Assembly (NCBI RefSeq): GCF_009914755.1
Contig: NC_060947.1
Length of the DNA stretch: 64,000 bases
Reading direction: 5' to 3' (one strand)
Source of the DNA: the human T2T-CHM13v2.0 reference genome, Homo sapiens
This document shows positions 62,101 to 64,000 of this stretch, one piece after another. The notes beneath the pieces are model-generated. The model searched no databases. It was not told the origin of the DNA and saw only the letters and a list, made by a program, of their open reading frames with translations. Made by a program: the position numbers and the translations under genes. Each line of letters opens with the position of its first letter. Position 1 is the stretch's first letter.

Positions 62101-62773
62101 AAAAATCACTCAGCAAGTATCCGAGTCGCTCCGCGTCACATGGAAGCTCCATATCCCTTACCGCCCTCAATCCTCTGGTAAAGTAGAAAGGGCTAACAGC
62201 CTCCTCAAAGAACACCTTACAAAACTTACTCTTGAAACAAAGCTGTCGTGGGTCACCCTCCTACCATTGGCCCTGACCCGCCTCCGGGCAGCTCCCAGGG
62301 GCCCCACAGGGCTCAGCCCCTTCGAACTTCTCTACGGACGCCCCTTCCTACTTCCTGGTCTTCCCCCCACTGTTTCGCCCCCTCCCCTCGCGTCCTATCT
62401 TCCTTATCTGACCCTCCTTCGCGACCTTCTCCGCAAGCACGCGGACGCCTGTCTCCCCGAACCTACCCCCTCCTCCCCGGACGCCCCTGTTGTGCTCTCT
62501 CCAGGTGATAGTGTCCTCCTTAAGGAACTACAGTCCAAGACCTTGACCCCGCGGTGGTCAGGCCCTTACACCGTGATCCTCACCACTCCGAGGGCCACTA
62601 AGTTACTAGGTCTACCATCCTGGTATCATTTGTCACAGTTGAAGAAAGCACCGACTCAGCACGACTGGTCCTCAAAACTCACCCCAACCCGGCTTCGTAT
62701 CACCCATGGCCAGACCTTCCCCACTATGCCTCCTACTCCTCCTGACCCTCCTAACCCCCATAGTGCCCAGTAA
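59189..62773 (+). pseudogene. pol: pro-pol (protease, RT, RNase H, integrase) with two frameshifts and one stop
   Basis: GRDLL, LPQG, YVDD (60175-60186), DGSS, YTDSKY, WQLDF, SDNG, VERAN, GPY; frameshifts at about 59382-59393 and 61291-61300; TGA at 61637-61639. Confidence 0.93.
62486..62505 (+). promoter_or_regulatory. Probable env splice acceptor
   Basis: Pyrimidine tract plus CAG|G (AG at 62503-62504); no ATG between it and the env start. Confidence 0.6.
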
Positions 62774-64000
62774 CTCCCTCCTAACTGAACCCCCGTTCCG
62801 ATGGAGGTTCTACCTGCATGAGACTTGGACCCAAGGCAACCGGCTCTCCACTGTCACACTGGCAACGGTGGACTGCCAACCTCACGGTTGTCAGGCCCAA
62901 GTAACTTTTAACTTCACTTCCTTTAAAAGTGTTCTGCGGGGCTGGTCCAATCCCACCATCTGCTTTGTCTATGATCAAACACACAGCAACTGCCGCGACT
63001 ATTGGGTGGACACAAACGGAGGATGCCCCTATGCCTATTGTCGTATGCATGTGACCCAGCTCCATACCACCAAGAAACTCCAACACACCTATCGCCTGAC
63101 ATCTGATGGAAGGACAACTTACTTCCTGACCATCCCAGACCCATGGGATTCTCGGTGGGTCAGTGGAGTCACTGGTCGACTGTACCGGTGGCCCACCGAC
63201 TCCTACCCAGTTGGCAAACTCCGGATATTCCTGACTTATATACGAGTTATCCCCCAGGTTTTGTCTAATTTAAAGGACCAAGCAGACAACATTAAGCATC
63301 AGGAAGAGGTCATCAATACTTTGGTGCAGTCCCATCCGAAGGCTGACATGGTCACCTATGATGACAAGGCTGAGGCAGGACCGTTTTCATGGATAACCCT
63401 AGTCCGCCATGGGGCTCGCCTTGTTAATATGGCAGGCCTAGTTAATCTCTCCCACTGTTTCCTTTGCACCGCCCTCAGCCAACCACCACTAGTAGCTGTA
63501 CCCCTACCCCAGGCTTTTAACACCTCTGGTAACCACACTGCCCACCCTTCCGGCGTCTTCTCTGAGCAGGTCCCTCTTTTCCGAGACCCCCTCCAGCCCC
63601 AGTTCCCCTTCTGCTACACCACTCCTAACTCATCCTGGTGCAACCAGACCTATTCTGGCTCCCTATCTAACCTCTCTGCACCGGCAGGTGGCTACTTCTG
63701 GTGTAACTTCACCCTTACAAAACATCTTAATATTTCCTCTAACAATACCCTTTCTAGAAACTTATGCCTCCCCATCTCTCTGGTGCCTCGACTCACTCTG
63801 TACAGCGAGGCTGAACTCTCTTCCCTTGTCAACCCGCCTATGCGTCAGAAGCGGGCCGTTTTCCCACCGCTGGTAATAGGTGTCTCCTTGACCTCCTCAC
63901 TTGTTGCCTCCGGGCTGGGCACAGGTGCTATTGTACATTTCATAAGCTCTTCCCAAGATCTCTCTATTAAGCTCCAGATGGCCATCGAAGCCTCAGCCGA
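62706..64000 (+). CDS. ERVFC1: Env (signal peptide, SU, start of TM); open to the window end (431 codons)
   Basis: Hand translation MARPSPLCLLLLLTLLTPIVPS...; CFLC at 63456-63467, furin site RQKR at 63843-63854, fusion peptide AVFPPLVIGVSLTSSLVASGLGTG; no stop. Confidence 0.93.
   Translation, partial: MARPSPLCLLLLLTLLTPIVPSNSLLTEPPFRWRFYLHETWTQGNRLSTVTLATVDCQPHGCQAQVTFNFTSFKSVLRGWSNPTICFVYDQTHSNCRDYWVDTNGGCPYAYCRMHVTQLHTTKKLQHTYRLTSDGRTTYFLTIPDPWDSRWVSGVTGRLYRWPTDSYPVGKLRIFLTYIRVIPQVLSNLKDQADNIKHQEEVINTLVQSHPKADMVTYDDKAEAGPFSWITLVRHGARLVNMAGLVNLSHCFLCTALSQPPLVAVPLPQAFNTSGNHTAHPSGVFSEQVPLFRDPLQPQFPFCYTTPNSSWCNQTYSGSLSNLSAPAGGYFWCNFTLTKHLNISSNNTLSRNLCLPISLVPRLTLYSEAELSSLVNPPMRQKRAVFPPLVIGVSLTSSLVASGLGTGAIVHFISSSQDLSIKLQMAIEASA

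Larger units (their letters stand above)
56923..64000 (+). mobile_element. HERV-Fc1-type endogenous provirus (class I, gamma-like); 3' end outside the window
   Basis: LTR-PBS(Phe)-gag-pro-pol-env in order; env translation recognised as HERV-F(c)1 Env. Confidence 0.93.

Noticed and set aside
61700-62773. Stand-alone integrase gene
   Set aside because: GTG start inside pol just after a nonsense codon, with a damaged HHCC motif; treated as a pol fragment.
56923-64000. Previously undescribed retrovirus family
   Set aside because: The env sequence and Phe PBS match the recalled HERV-Fc1; a BLAST/Dfam search would confirm.

Overview
Primate (most likely human) repeat-rich intergenic DNA; I see no host exon, RNA gene or CRISPR array. 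Positions 1-56.9 kb are a mosaic of Alus, L1, L2, MIR, MaLR/ERV1 solo LTRs and DNA transposons. They include a full-length but broken L1PA5-like element (13357-19469, minus) nested in a fragmented MER34-like LTR, and a short L1PA2-like insertion with a probable 3' transduction. The main object is a well-preserved gamma-like provirus from 56923 to beyond the window end. It has a 5' LTR, a tRNA-Phe PBS, a leader with splice donor and GACG hairpin, a 470-codon gag and a pro-pol broken by only a few lesions. Its env ORF (62706 to the window end) is open and is missing from the supplied ORF track. From the env protein and the Phe PBS I recognise this as HERV-Fc1 (reported on Xq21.33), a known element rather than a new system. 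The novel-looking points are details of its regulation and decay, such as a C12 frameshift tract, an in-frame internal splice donor and a TGA inside the first zinc knuckle. Repeat subfamily names are from recall, not a database search.
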